Sequence record: NZ_LC532224.1
Reading direction: 5' to 3' (one strand)
Source of the DNA: a plasmid
Length of the DNA stretch: 64,000 nt
Part shown: one piece after another, positions 1 through 11,000 of the stretch
Layout of the letters: each line of letters starts with the position of its first letter
Position numbering within the stretch: position 1 is the first letter of the stretch
Notes under the pieces: generated by a model
The model's database searches: none
The model's input: only the letters and a program-made list of their open reading frames with translations
Told to the model about the DNA's origin: nothing
Program-made: the position numbers and the translations under genes

Positions 1-1005
1 TACGACAGGTTCAACCTGAAACACATTTGTTGAATCTAAAATAGCTTCAATACCTGTGTTCTGTAGCGCGTTCGGTTCTGTTTGTGAGCTTTGATTAAAT
101 GATCTGGTAATAGATTCCAACCAGTCAGTAACCTTTTGCTCTCCTGAAATAATACGCTTTAACATTGAAGCATCACTCATGAAATAAAACCACTGCTGTA
201 ACACCGCAACGTCGCGAGGTTCAGAAATGGCACCTTTAGGTAAATTATTCATTATGTGTTTTATAGCTTCTGCAAGTACTGCCGCCTCTTTATGTATAAA
301 CATGAAGCTAATGATCTTATTTTGCATTTGCTTCAGTCGGTCAATAGTACTTGAGCGCAAATTATTATTTTTACTAATTTTTTCATAAACCCTCATTGCT
401 TCTTCTGCCAGATCTGTTATCAATTGTTCCTGATAGTAGTCCTGGGTTTCATCACCTTCAACGCTAATAGGCGTAAAAGGAATAAAGTGAGCAATATTAA
501 ATCTAAAGGATTTTATGAAATCATCTTTAGTTAATTTCAACTGATCAATCAAAGAAGACATTCTTGGGCTTCTATTTTTTTCAGCCTCAATATGCATCTC
601 ATAATTGTCTACAACGTTTTGAATACCTGCCTGAAACTCTCGTTCAATCTCTTGGGCCCCTTCCAGAAACTCTTCCATACTGGAAACTGGTAAAATCCAC
701 ATATTGCTATAGCGGATGCACAAGCGTGAGCAAAGGGTTGATATTCTGCTGGTAATCGTACTTTTGAAGCTAAGGGCTTTTATGTCAATCCAACGTACTT
801 CGCTTTTAGATACGCTTTTTTGATCCGTAATATCATCTCCATCATAAGACAAATCGATTTTATCGGTTCGACGCGATCCTTGACAGCCACTTATTTCAAT
901 TTTTGTTATAACTGCACCTTCCAGTAAATCTGGATATGATTTTGCAAAATTCTCAGAGATTTGTTTTGCAGATACTTTGTTAAGCATTGAAGTATTTAAA
1001 GTCAT
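1..1005 (-). CDS. hypothetical protein, C-terminal end lies beyond the window start (partial)
   Basis: Open minus-strand frame from ATG at 1005-1003 (GGAG about 7 nt upstream) to position 1 with no stop. It is absent from the ORF track because it is open-ended. A hairpin at 1007-1040 overlaps its RBS. Confidence 0.5.
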   Translation of the reverse strand, partial: MTLNTSMLNKVSAKQISENFAKSYPDLLEGAVITKIEISGCQGSRRTDKIDLSYDGDDITDQKSVSKSEVRWIDIKALSFKSTITSRISTLCSRLCIRYSNMWILPVSSMEEFLEGAQEIEREFQAGIQNVVDNYEMHIEAEKNRSPRMSSLIDQLKLTKDDFIKSFRFNIAHFIPFTPISVEGDETQDYYQEQLITDLAEEAMRVYEKISKNNNLRSSTIDRLKQMQNKIISFMFIHKEAAVLAEAIKHIMNNLPKGAISEPRDVAVLQQWFYFMSDASMLKRIISGEQKVTDWLESITRSFNQSSQTEPNALQNTGIEAILDSTNVFQVEPVV

Positions 1006-1373
1006 GGGTTTCTCCAAAAAAAAGGGGAAACCCTCCCCAACGGGAAAGATTTCCCGATAGGGTTGATATTAAAGCTTCTCTGGTGCAATTAAAAGAATAC
1101 CGGGAAACTCAGCGGCAACATCATCATTGCCCATTGCTCCCTGATACATATAACCTTTTAATTCCATTTCTTTAATTAGACCTTCCATATTTATTTTACC
1201 ATCATGATAAAACAATAAAGAATAGTCGTTATTCAGTTGCATAAGTCCAGTAAAATTAGTTCCGTTTTTTGCTATAGCAATGGTAGCAGCACCATCCGTA
1301 CTTAAAAACGCACTAAATTCAAGATGGGATAACTCTGAGATACAAATATCAGAGGTTTCATAACAAATCCCAT

Positions 1374-2432
1374 CTAACTCGACTTTTTTGCTGTGAAATA
1401 CTCCAGCGATTTATCCTTGTCTTCGCCAAGAGAAAGATCTATAGCTTGAAGAACAAGATCGACCACATGTAAAGGTAAAGCAGAAGCAAAAGCTATTTTG
1501 AAAGTGTCAAGAAGACTAAAGGTTTTTAACGTCATCGACGTGCCAACCCAAGCTACTAATTGACGAATATCCATCACACTGTCTTCTGTACCAGAGTCAT
1601 TTACTGCAATCGCTACTCTTACGAACTTCTCAATGACCTGAAAAGGCAAAGAGCTATATCGTTTAGTAAGCACATTGGTTAAAGCAACTTTGTCGGGCTT
1701 CTCCATTTCAACTATCAAGAACCGCTTTATAAAAGCTGCATCTTGACGTTGAGAAGAAACGAACCGGCGAGCGCCTCCACTCATGTTTGTGTTTGCAGTA
1801 CCAATAAATCGCGTGTAGCCATTAGCAGTTATAACCTCACCACCATTAGCACTGAGTGACCAGGGCTTACGTTCAATGGGCATGTGAAGTTTTGCTGCCG
1901 TATCAGGATCGATTTTGTCCACTTCATCCAGAAGAATGAGGTGACCATTACGAAATCCCGTTACCAAATCGCTGTGTACAAAACCTGTATTACCACCATT
2001 AAGACTGCGCTCACCTTCAAGCTCATCAACTCGAATATTGCTGTTGATCTGCTTAATTGTCAGCGGCCAATTCATCATGTGGCTAATGTACATTACCATT
2101 TCAGTCTTGCCAGAACCGGACTCACCTTTAAGACACACACTTAAATCTATATCCGGACTGATAAGCAGTTTAACCACTTGTTCAAGTATTCGGGGATTTG
2201 GTATGTAGTCTTTGTTCAGCGGAGCTCGATACGAGGTTTTAGTTTTGAAAACAGGCACAGCCATCTTTGGATCCATTTCTGGAATACCAAAAAGGTCCTT
2301 TGCTAGAACTAAAAGATACTCACCTTTATCCACATAATGTTTTAACTTTATAACATCCGGGGAAAGAAGAGCTTCTAATTTTTCATAAGCATCAGAAGAT
2401 GTTTCATTTAACTTCATAGCGGCATTAGACAT
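1374..2432 (-). CDS. AAA+ ATPase of the AAA_5 (MoxR/CobS/McrB-like) subfamily
   Basis: Walker A GESGSGKT and Walker B LILLDEVDK, with a downstream IGTANT sensor-like segment typical of AAA_5. There is no N-terminal DNA-binding extension. Confidence 0.7.
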   Translation of the reverse strand: MSNAAMKLNETSSDAYEKLEALLSPDVIKLKHYVDKGEYLLVLAKDLFGIPEMDPKMAVPVFKTKTSYRAPLNKDYIPNPRILEQVVKLLISPDIDLSVCLKGESGSGKTEMVMYISHMMNWPLTIKQINSNIRVDELEGERSLNGGNTGFVHSDLVTGFRNGHLILLDEVDKIDPDTAAKLHMPIERKPWSLSANGGEVITANGYTRFIGTANTNMSGGARRFVSSQRQDAAFIKRFLIVEMEKPDKVALTNVLTKRYSSLPFQVIEKFVRVAIAVNDSGTEDSVMDIRQLVAWVGTSMTLKTFSLLDTFKIAFASALPLHVVDLVLQAIDLSLGEDKDKSLEYFTAKKSS

Positions 2433-2489
2433 TTTTAACTCCGGTAAAATGCAAACACCGCCCTCTGGCAGATGTTTGCCAGTGGCATT

Positions 2490-3467
2490 TTATTTGAGAT
2501 TCATTTGGCAAATAGTTGCCATCAGTTTCCTGATTTGAGGCACATTATAACCAAGATGATTTCCCACTATTTCAAAAGCTTCAGACATGATCCATTCAAA
2601 ATGATTTTCGAATATTGGATTTATTTCTAACTTGCCAAAAGCGTTTCGTTTAGTTAACAGATCACATGAAACAAGCTCGTCAAACAACTCTAATGTGGAT
2701 TTAAAAGCTTTTATGTAAACATCCATAATTTCCCTGTCAGTCCATTTAACAGCCAGTTTTTTTTCTGACATTAAATAATCCTGATCAAAGAAGATGTCCC
2801 AGCCCATATCGTCATTGCAATCATGCAAAATGATTTCATCATCATTCCTGCATTCAGCTAATTTCGTGTTTTCACTAATCGAACGATGCGAATGATAATA
2901 GAGCCATGATTTTAATTCCGCTCTAAATTCACATGCATCAAGTCCATGAGATAAACAAGTGTATTCAAATGATTTTGACATATACCACCGTGTTTCAGCT
3001 TCTAAAAGTGGATTCACTGTGATATTACCATTGTCATCTTTGAAGAATAACTTTCTCCTCAACACTAGTTCTTTAATGATTTCCAAAGACTCTTCCATAG
3101 CGGATAGAAAAACAACATACACATCCTCAGGGGTCCATTCTATTACCAGACCACCCAAATCTGGGTTATATTCTTCAACCGAATATAGATAATCTGTTTC
3201 TGCTGCAAAATTAATTGTATGCAAAATCTGATTTTTAAGTAATTTGGATTTTTCATAAAGGTGATTTTCACGCCTTTCAGAATCATAATTTATCTCAGAA
3301 ATGTTACTTTCATCTGATTTAAAGTTTAATCCGGACGTGTATGCATCATTTAAATGCTCTTTGGGTGAATCAACTATTTGCGTTATTTCATCTTCATCTA
3401 TATCGAATATAGAAAAAAAACTAAGTTGATTACTACTTATTGCAGTAGCCCTAAATTTTTGTTTCAT
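2490..3467 (-). CDS. hypothetical acidic protein, likely partner of the adjacent AAA_5 ATPase
   Basis: 325-aa ORF lying 57 bp upstream of the ATPase on the same strand. No vWA or PD-(D/E)xK motif could be recognised by eye. Confidence 0.5.
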   Translation of the reverse strand: MKQKFRATAISSNQLSFFSIFDIDEDEITQIVDSPKEHLNDAYTSGLNFKSDESNISEINYDSERRENHLYEKSKLLKNQILHTINFAAETDYLYSVEEYNPDLGGLVIEWTPEDVYVVFLSAMEESLEIIKELVLRRKLFFKDDNGNITVNPLLEAETRWYMSKSFEYTCLSHGLDACEFRAELKSWLYYHSHRSISENTKLAECRNDDEIILHDCNDDMGWDIFFDQDYLMSEKKLAVKWTDREIMDVYIKAFKSTLELFDELVSCDLLTKRNAFGKLEINPIFENHFEWIMSEAFEIVGNHLGYNVPQIRKLMATICQMNLK

Positions 3468-3527
3468 GGGGACTCCAAAAGGAGAAATCCCATGAAGGGA
3501 TTTCTCCCCTTTAGGGTGGGTTTAATG

Positions 3528-3905
3528 TCAGATCTGATTAAAGCTACTTTGTCCAAAACCTTTTAGAGGTTTAGGTATGTGAGCCAACTTACTTGTTGCT
3601 ACCACTCTCATGTAGTCAAGAGGATGTTCTCTCCCTTCAATCATAATAGTATCGACAACAATATAACCGGAGACCATCAACTCATCACCCTGATTTATAC
3701 CAGTGAAACAGGTTGAATACATTTCAGGCGACACCTTGATTTGAACTGAAAATTCTCTCTCAGTGATTTCACCATCAACTTCTGTCTTCATCCTATTTTT
3801 GAGCTTTATTAACAAACCTATACTCTGGTCAGTCATTTTTTTCTCCACAGCACTGATAACTATCCCGGACACTTTTACTTCATTGATATATTCAAGATAT
3901 GACAT
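3528..3905 (-). CDS. small OB-fold protein, possibly SSB-like
   Basis: 125-aa ORF. Its N-terminal NEVKVSGIV...GLLIKL pattern and hydrophobic beta-rich layout resemble the SSB OB fold, but there is no canonical acidic tail. Confidence 0.35.
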   Translation of the reverse strand: MSYLEYINEVKVSGIVISAVEKKMTDQSIGLLIKLKNRMKTEVDGEITEREFSVQIKVSPEMYSTCFTGINQGDELMVSGYIVVDTIMIEGREHPLDYMRVVATSKLAHIPKPLKGFGQSSFNQI

Positions 3906-3962
3906 TTTCCGCTCCTCGATTTGTTCAAAGAGAAGCCCCGTTAGGGTTCCCCCTTAACAGGA

Positions 3963-4835
3963 TTAAATAAATTTATTAGTTACATACATGAACGTGCAGA
4001 CTACCAAACAGGCAATTCCGGCAATATGTAACCAATTTCTTGTTGGTTTAGTTGGTGCAATCGCTAAAGAGTTCTCCAACTTCTCTGTTACAAGACGTCG
4101 ATTCTCTGCTTTAGCCGCATCATCTAAATATTGAGTTTCACGCTTAGCGAGAGTCTCAATTTTCGATTTTATTGCATGGTCCCATCCTTTAGTTTCAAAA
4201 ACGCTTAACTCACTAAAGGTGTGCGTCATGAGATCTTCTGGGAAACCCAGTTTTTTCATTAACGGACGAATGGTATCATACATTTTTTCTACATTTTCGT
4301 AGTGGGCCTTTACTGCGACATCAAAACGCTTACGTAAAGTTAATTTTTCACGTTTGCAAATGATGTCCGAAACCCAATTTATTAACTGCTCATTTTTGAG
4401 TTCACTGGCTTTTTCAAGTGAGTAATCCAGATTATCCACGTCAAGAAATGAATTTAATCCGTATTTTTCAAACTCCTCAACAAGATATTTATCCAGTTCA
4501 GTTAAGCTTTTAAAAAGTGGTACATCTGGGGAAGCTTTAAGAAGCTTATAAGCTCCTTCGAAATCAATTTTCTTGACCACGAGCTCCACAACATCCACAT
4601 GATAATAGCTTGAATAAGCAGAAAGCTTTTCGGCCAACAAAGACACAGGCTTAAGAGACTTAAGTTCAATGATATTTGGGCCGTCCTCATTCAAAATAAC
4701 AATCAGTTCATTATCACGTTCTGTATATTTCATCAGAACTTCTAAGAGCTGTTTGTTTAGCGCCTTATCCATCTCTGGAATAATTTCACTAAAGGTTTGA
4801 TGAAGGGCTTTACTGCGAGCTTTATTTTTAGACAT
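3963..4835 (-). CDS. hypothetical tail-anchored membrane protein
   Basis: 290-aa ORF with a single C-terminal hydrophobic helix (WLHIAGIACLVVCTFMYV). It is tightly packed with neighbouring genes. Confidence 0.5.
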   Translation of the reverse strand: MSKNKARSKALHQTFSEIIPEMDKALNKQLLEVLMKYTERDNELIVILNEDGPNIIELKSLKPVSLLAEKLSAYSSYYHVDVVELVVKKIDFEGAYKLLKASPDVPLFKSLTELDKYLVEEFEKYGLNSFLDVDNLDYSLEKASELKNEQLINWVSDIICKREKLTLRKRFDVAVKAHYENVEKMYDTIRPLMKKLGFPEDLMTHTFSELSVFETKGWDHAIKSKIETLAKRETQYLDDAAKAENRRLVTEKLENSLAIAPTKPTRNWLHIAGIACLVVCTFMYVTNKFI

Positions 4836-5229
4836 TTGGGGTCACCTATATATAGTAAGAAGGAAGAAACAAATTTTTGTTTCAACACGAAGGCAAAGCC
4901 TGTCATTCATCTCCCGTAAGCTATGAACCGCCTGATTTATACTATCTGGCATTAGAAGTACGCAACAAAAATAGCCCCAGGAGGAGCTAAATTAGTTACG
5001 GTTTGGTAAATTCAGATTGCCTTTTGCAGGCATGGGAAGTGCACCAGCGACAAAGGTGACATTTTGCCGGTGGTGTCTTACAGCTTGTTTAAGCTGGCCG
5101 CTTTTCACGGCTAAATCAACGCTTAACGCGAAAGTAACTTTAAGCAAAGTTACTCAAATTTGGGAGCTGATATTTAAGCTCATTGTTTTTATACTATAGC
5201 TTTAAGCATAAGTAAATGCCCATATCGAA

Positions 5230-7014
5230 TTATTCTGTATAAAGTGGAGAAATTCGAATATTAGCTGCTTCTTTTATCTTTTCTTCACTGCATTCTCTTA
5301 AAAAGAAAGAAGGATCACCATACCACATTACAAAAAGTTGCTTTTCTGCACGCGTAAATCCAACATAAAGCAAACGTCTTTCTTCTTCTATTGCCTCCTC
5401 CCCAACTGATCTTTTACTTGGTATCTGATCCGCATTACAACTCATTATTATTACTTTATTCCACTCAAGACCCTTTGAACCATGCAAGGTTGATAGGACT
5501 ACTTTCTCTGGGCTGTATTCCTCGTCCTTCTTCCTAGGGCCTAATGACATTGCAGCAGCACGATTTATCATATTCATCCAACCAGTCTTTTCTGCCCACT
5601 GTTTACAAGTGTCTAAAGCAATTTTTGTTAAGGTTGCTGTACCTTTATTACTCCTCATCTTGATTGACGACGATTCCATCCATTTCGTAAGGTTGGCGAA
5701 ACGTTTTGCTATCTCAACTTTATCAGAACTTTCCTGGGTAAAGCGCACGAAGTTTGAATGTAATGTTTTTGTTTCGAGAGAACTGTCCTCCGGGATGGCA
5801 AGGTCGCCAAAAGTAACTTTTCTTCCTCTCATACTCAATGCCACTTCATCCAAAACTGATTCCTGTTCTCCAAACAATGCCAATACTCTCTTCATTAAGC
5901 GAGGATCATTTGATTGTCGGAAAAAGGCCATAAGGCTTAACACATCGCTTGTTTCTTTTTCATCCCAGAATGATTTACCTCCGTAACGAATTACTGGCTG
6001 TTCGATCAAACTTTCTAGCTCATCCAAGTGAGCATTATTGCGGCTTAGAATTGCCCATCCATGTGGATCCTGATTTATAAGGCTTAAAATACCCTGTATC
6101 TGTTCCTCCATATCTACATATGAACGAAAAGTGACCTTTCCCCCTCCCTTTTTTGCCGAGCGTAACTCTTTGGCATAACGGTAAACATTCTTTCCTATCA
6201 GTGCTCCGGCCACCTCTAAAATTTCAGGTTCACACCTAAAGCATGTGTTTAAGTAAAATATGTTAGGTCTGAAGTGTTTTTCAAACTGTTGAAATATTTT
6301 GACTCCTCCTGAGGATCTGAAGGAGTAGATGGCCTGATCATCGTCTCCAACTATACTCGTATAGACTCCAGCTCTTGTATGCAATGCTATCCATGAGAAT
6401 TGTATAGAGTCAGTATCCTGAACTTCGTCTACTATCAAATGTGTCAAATCTAACGTGCGCATTTTTCCCGAATGCATTTGACCGACAACAAATTTTGAAA
6501 GAGCATTGAGGTCCGCCACATGGTCTTTCTGGCATAACGCCTGATAGGTATTAAACAAATGGATCTGTTGTCTGTTATGCCGAACTGAAATCACATCCGT
6601 ATCCATTTCTCTGCCGATAGCATCAATAACGAATTCAGCTTCAGCAAACTTCATCGTTACACCGGATTCTTTCAAAGCCCGGTGAATGACAGATCTCTGT
6701 GCTGGCCCTATCAACATCTTTCCCGGCCAGCGAATCATGTCCAGTTGCTTCTTAACGAGTCCGTGAAAAGTATCCACCAGCACCCGGTCAAGATCCTTCT
6801 TGCTCAATCGCTTTTGTAACTTTGCTGCAAGTGCGTTTGTTGCAGCGCGAGTAAAGGTCACCATCCCGATTCTTGCATATGGATACTTTTTGAGAATCGA
6901 TATAACCGCTTCTATCATGGTGAACGATTTGCCTGATCCAGGCGCTGCTATCACCATATTGTTTGCGCTAGCATTCTCGATAACAGGTCTTTGCTCTTCT
7001 GTTGGCTTACCCAT
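5230..7014 (-). CDS. UvrD/Rep-family superfamily-1 DNA helicase
   Basis: Motif I AAPGSGKS, Ia TFTRAA, II LIVDEVQDTD, and C-terminal VGFTRA (motif VI-like). Length 594 aa. Confidence 0.8.
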   Translation of the reverse strand: MGKPTEEQRPVIENASANNMVIAAPGSGKSFTMIEAVISILKKYPYARIGMVTFTRAATNALAAKLQKRLSKKDLDRVLVDTFHGLVKKQLDMIRWPGKMLIGPAQRSVIHRALKESGVTMKFAEAEFVIDAIGREMDTDVISVRHNRQQIHLFNTYQALCQKDHVADLNALSKFVVGQMHSGKMRTLDLTHLIVDEVQDTDSIQFSWIALHTRAGVYTSIVGDDDQAIYSFRSSGGVKIFQQFEKHFRPNIFYLNTCFRCEPEILEVAGALIGKNVYRYAKELRSAKKGGGKVTFRSYVDMEEQIQGILSLINQDPHGWAILSRNNAHLDELESLIEQPVIRYGGKSFWDEKETSDVLSLMAFFRQSNDPRLMKRVLALFGEQESVLDEVALSMRGRKVTFGDLAIPEDSSLETKTLHSNFVRFTQESSDKVEIAKRFANLTKWMESSSIKMRSNKGTATLTKIALDTCKQWAEKTGWMNMINRAAAMSLGPRKKDEEYSPEKVVLSTLHGSKGLEWNKVIIMSCNADQIPSKRSVGEEAIEEERRLLYVGFTRAEKQLFVMWYGDPSFFLRECSEEKIKEAANIRISPLYTE

Positions 7015-7193
7015 TTCAACCTCATTACTTCGTTTTAATAATTATACATTTTTATAAAAGCGCTTTTCTTGTGTACTGCTGGTTCTACTGGAAATCACTT
7101 TTTTTCCTTTTTTATGCAATCAGGTTGTTTGTGAAACGCGTGACTATGGAATAATGGTTCCATCTCCAAAAGACATTACAAAAAGGGCTTTAA

Positions 7194-8066
7194 ATGAAAC
7201 TTTTACGTTTAGTATCTCTGGTCTCTTCTGTCGTCATTGGTTTTTCCCTATCGGGTTGTGCCGGTGACACCGGCACTACGCCAGGCACCGCTCTGAATGC
7301 GTACAGTCACGGCCAGTACTGGCATGCTAATGCAAATGATTCTGTCGCCAAGAATGCCTATTCGTTTGCTGGTTTCGACGTTAATTTTAAGGAGCAAGAG
7401 GTTACTCCTGGAGGGGATGCCGACAACTTTCTTTCTAAGTATCTCATCAATAGTTCGATGGGCTACGTAACAGGCGGTCTAAAAGGTTTTGGGATCATGA
7501 GCCTCAGCTCTTTGTACAGTTCTTCTGACGCCGAATACATCCAGGTCAATCAATACCTAGTGTTCGTCCCCAATCCAAAAAAATTGCCTTACAATGATGA
7601 AAGTTTGGTACGTGAGGGAGCTAAGTATGTTTTTGAGCATACAAAAGCAACTCAGGCCTCATTTGGATACAACCCTGAAAAACAGAAAGCAGCTCTGGCC
7701 ACATGTAAAATTGATATGGCAGTCGTCAATAAATGGAGTACCTGTGATCTGCCCTCTAAGCCTGATGCTGATGTTTTCCCTACAGATTCAATGTACAGCT
7801 TTCAGGCGATTCGCCCCGCAACAGGAACCGAAATTCCTGAGCTAAACCTTCCCGCTGGTGATTACGCTGTAATTCGTTATGTGTTCATCCCATTTAAAGG
7901 AAACGAAACAAGCGCTGATTTTTCGGGTATCATTTTCCGTTCTGATAGCCCAAATACAACAACTCCAGGGGGTGTTGCAGCCTCCATCAACGGAAAAGAT
8001 TATTACCTCTTTACCGGTGAATACGGTAAAAAAGGCTTCCCAGAAAAAACATTGAAAGCCAAGTAA
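7194..8066 (+). CDS. lipoprotein of unknown function
   Basis: Signal peptide with lipobox LSGC|AG. Convergent with trhN and separated from it by a bidirectional terminator. Confidence 0.6.
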   Translation: MKLLRLVSLVSSVVIGFSLSGCAGDTGTTPGTALNAYSHGQYWHANANDSVAKNAYSFAGFDVNFKEQEVTPGGDADNFLSKYLINSSMGYVTGGLKGFGIMSLSSLYSSSDAEYIQVNQYLVFVPNPKKLPYNDESLVREGAKYVFEHTKATQASFGYNPEKQKAALATCKIDMAVVNKWSTCDLPSKPDADVFPTDSMYSFQAIRPATGTEIPELNLPAGDYAVIRYVFIPFKGNETSADFSGIIFRSDSPNTTTPGGVAASINGKDYYLFTGEYGKKGFPEKTLKAK

Positions 8067-8070
8067 TTAA

Positions 8071-8095
8071 AAAAGGGGCCTAACGGCCCCTTCTT
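8071..8095. terminator. bidirectional rho-independent terminator between the lipoprotein gene and trhN
   Basis: GGGGCC-TAAC-GGCCCC hairpin flanked by A-run and T-run. Confidence 0.6.
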
Positions 8096-11000
8096 CAATA
8101 TTTCGGCAACTGCTTGCCCGTAACCGGATCCAGCGTAGTTGAACCTACCTCACATATGGCCGGTCGAGGTAAATAGCTACAATCTACATTTTCCTCTTTT
8201 ATAGCCTGAGCATTTTCTTGTCTGGCCTTTATCATATTTTCTTCACCGCCCATTGCTTCCTTGGTACGTTCTGATGGAAGTTGATAGTTCTCATTCTGGA
8301 ATGGTAAGTTTTCCACAATTGATTCTTCGGAGAATTTTGAATATTGATCAGGAACTTCTCCTACCTGAACTGCATCATTAATCCACTCCGTCAGATCAAT
8401 TTTATCGAAATCCAGTTGCTGTATTTGCTTTATTGATAGCCCCACGCAATTAGAGGCGACAGGGTCTATTCCTAATTGCGGATAAGCTTGTTGCATAATA
8501 ACGCGTGACAACATGGAATTATAACAGCACATGTCTGTTGCTTTTTTAACGCATTTCTTTGTGAAACCAACATTCAGATATTTGACGCATCGTTCCGTAT
8601 CTAATGTAAAACAGGATTTTTGATTCTTATGAATAGAAGCTTCCATCTCTTTCTGGTCGCATGCTACCAACATTTCTAAAAGCATTTTAGTGACCTGATA
8701 GGCTGTATAAATCCAACCGATCACGTTTAATGCAAGCATAAAGTTTTGAACCGCAGCCGAGAAGACAACCTCTCCTCCGGTAGTAGCAACGTTCTTAAAG
8801 ACAAAGTCACGAACTGTATCTGGTAGCAATTCGTAGGCTTTCTTCATTGCCATCTGCTTAAGCTGACCTATACCGAAGCTGGACATTGTTTCCTGTGCCA
8901 ACTGGCCAGCACCTCCTGCCCCTCCAGAAGTTGCGGAAGACCCAACTGCCCTGCTTAGATTACCAGCGACGTTTTCATATACGCTCGTTAAGGAGCTCGT
9001 GACGTTGTTCCACATTTGCCCTACTGTTTTACCAGCTGATGCAGTCCACTCTCCGACCGCATTAGACATAGAAGCCCATGTACCTGTATCACCGCCGGTC
9101 CATTTTATTAGCTGAGCATTAACTCTGGTCCAGTTTGTGTTTCTGATCATAGATCCGGCAAGCATGATACCTTCAAGTGCTCCTGCGGTTCCCTGTGGTG
9201 CTTCGCAGCAGTCCGTCTTTGCCAGGCCATTTACAAAGCCTACTGAACGACCACACCATTCAGGTTTTCCTTCAAAGACGGAACATGAATTGGCATCGTT
9301 AGGGTCTTCGCATTTGGCTTCGCCCTGCATGTACTGAACCATGTTTGAATAAGCCGCAACTTTTCCAAAATCGTTGTTCTCTTCCTTTGGCCCAGTTTCG
9401 CATGTTCCACCTGAACATGGGATCATGCCAACACAGGCATTTGTAGAAGATTCAACCTCCCGAACTACATCCTTCCCTCTGTCACAGGTGTATTTCTGTT
9501 CATACATGTAGCAACTGTTAGTGCCCTCATCGAACCAACCCTCTGCACATGTTTGTTTATCGAGTACACATGCTGCATCATTTTTATAAGCACTACATGC
9601 ATCAGGCATACTCTTTATTTCTTCATAGTTGTAACAGAGGTCCTTTCCATTAGCGTCTTTCATAATTTTTCCACTAGCGTCATAAGAGCAAATTTTGTCT
9701 TTGGCCAATGGATCACAAAAGTAGCCTTCAAGGTTTGTCTTCCAGGTAAGAAATCCTTTATCACCTTCATACAGAGGCTTTGCCAATGAAAGCACGCTTT
9801 CCGGAAGCCGTTTTGTGCCAACATCCATATCTTTAAACCGATCGAAACGGCAGAATGTATTCGGAGCTTGTACAGCATCGTAACAACCAGCTGGTTCCTG
9901 GACGTGCTTATCTTCGAGCTTCATATTTTCAAAAGTCAGCTCAACCTCAAAATACCCTTCACCCTTCCCACCAACCCATACTCTGGATGCCATTGTCACT
10001 TCTCGATCAGGCTCCTCATACACCGATTTTCTGACCTTATCAGTCACATCGTAAACCTTGTCGAGTTTCCACGATTTTTTTAACTCCCAAGATCCCTTAG
10101 GAGCCGGATAGTCACTTTCTCGATATGCACCATCTATGTGAGCAAAAATCTGCGTGCCATCAAGTGTTACCCGCATGTGGTCATCCCACTCCGCGTTAAC
10201 AATCTTTGCTGAGGCCAATTTTGCATCCGGATGGAATTTTAATGTCAGTTCGTTATCATATACCCCGTCACTCCAGTAGTTGTCATCACGGCGACCAAAC
10301 CATATACGCACACAATTATCGCCGCACATCGACATGTCTCCGTTTCCGCCTGAAATGTAAACAGGGACTGAAAAATCACGGGTTATCGTGCAGCTGCTGA
10401 AGTTATCTTGCTTAGGCGAGTTACAGTAGAACTCTTTGTAATCAGGATAGTGTGTGGTTACTGTTTTTTTAGAGGTCTCAACATTACAGTTCTGAAGCCA
10501 GTTTCCAGTACCAGCAACAGCATTTGTTATCTCATTTCTCCCCGCAGTAAACATGGGATCGTTAGGCTTTATAGATGATGCCGGGTTGTCCTTGTTAGCA
10601 TTTACGAGGGTGCGGTAGGCAACGCCATCATAACTTTGAGCATCAAATAACTGGCTTTTCCGATTCTTTATATCGTTTACAAAGCCATCCTCATCCCCAT
10701 AACGATCTGCGGCATTGAACTTAATATCGCTGTGCTTTTGCTCTGAGCTGAAAATCTCTCCGGTATTTGTTTTGGTTCCAGGAGTAGTATTGGGATTACT
10801 GCTTATACCAATGTTGCCATTAGCATCCCGAGAGAGCAGCTTTGCCCCTTCCTTGGTATAGTTTGAATTGATTGTCCCTCCAGACATACTCGGCAGTTGT
10901 ACGGCGCTACCAATGGACTTTCCATCGGATGCGGCATTTTTCATGACACTTTCATTTGAGTTCCCTGCCCCATACTTTCCAAGATTAAGATTAGCGGATT

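Noticed and set aside
2490-3467. McrC-like PD-(D/E)xK nuclease partner of the AAA_5 ATPase
   Set aside because: The only candidate D...EKK segment (FFDQDYLMSEKK) has spacing that is too short and no supporting context. It is not called.
3528-3905. Definitive assignment as plasmid SSB
   Set aside because: It lacks the conserved acidic C-terminal tail and several core SSB residues. It is kept only as an OB-fold-like, low-confidence call.
9137-10400. Multiple 60-80-aa plus-strand ORFs inside trhN (e.g. 9137..9337, 9553..9789, 9868..10083, 10206..10400)
   Set aside because: They are embedded antisense in a long, well-supported CDS and lack RBS support.
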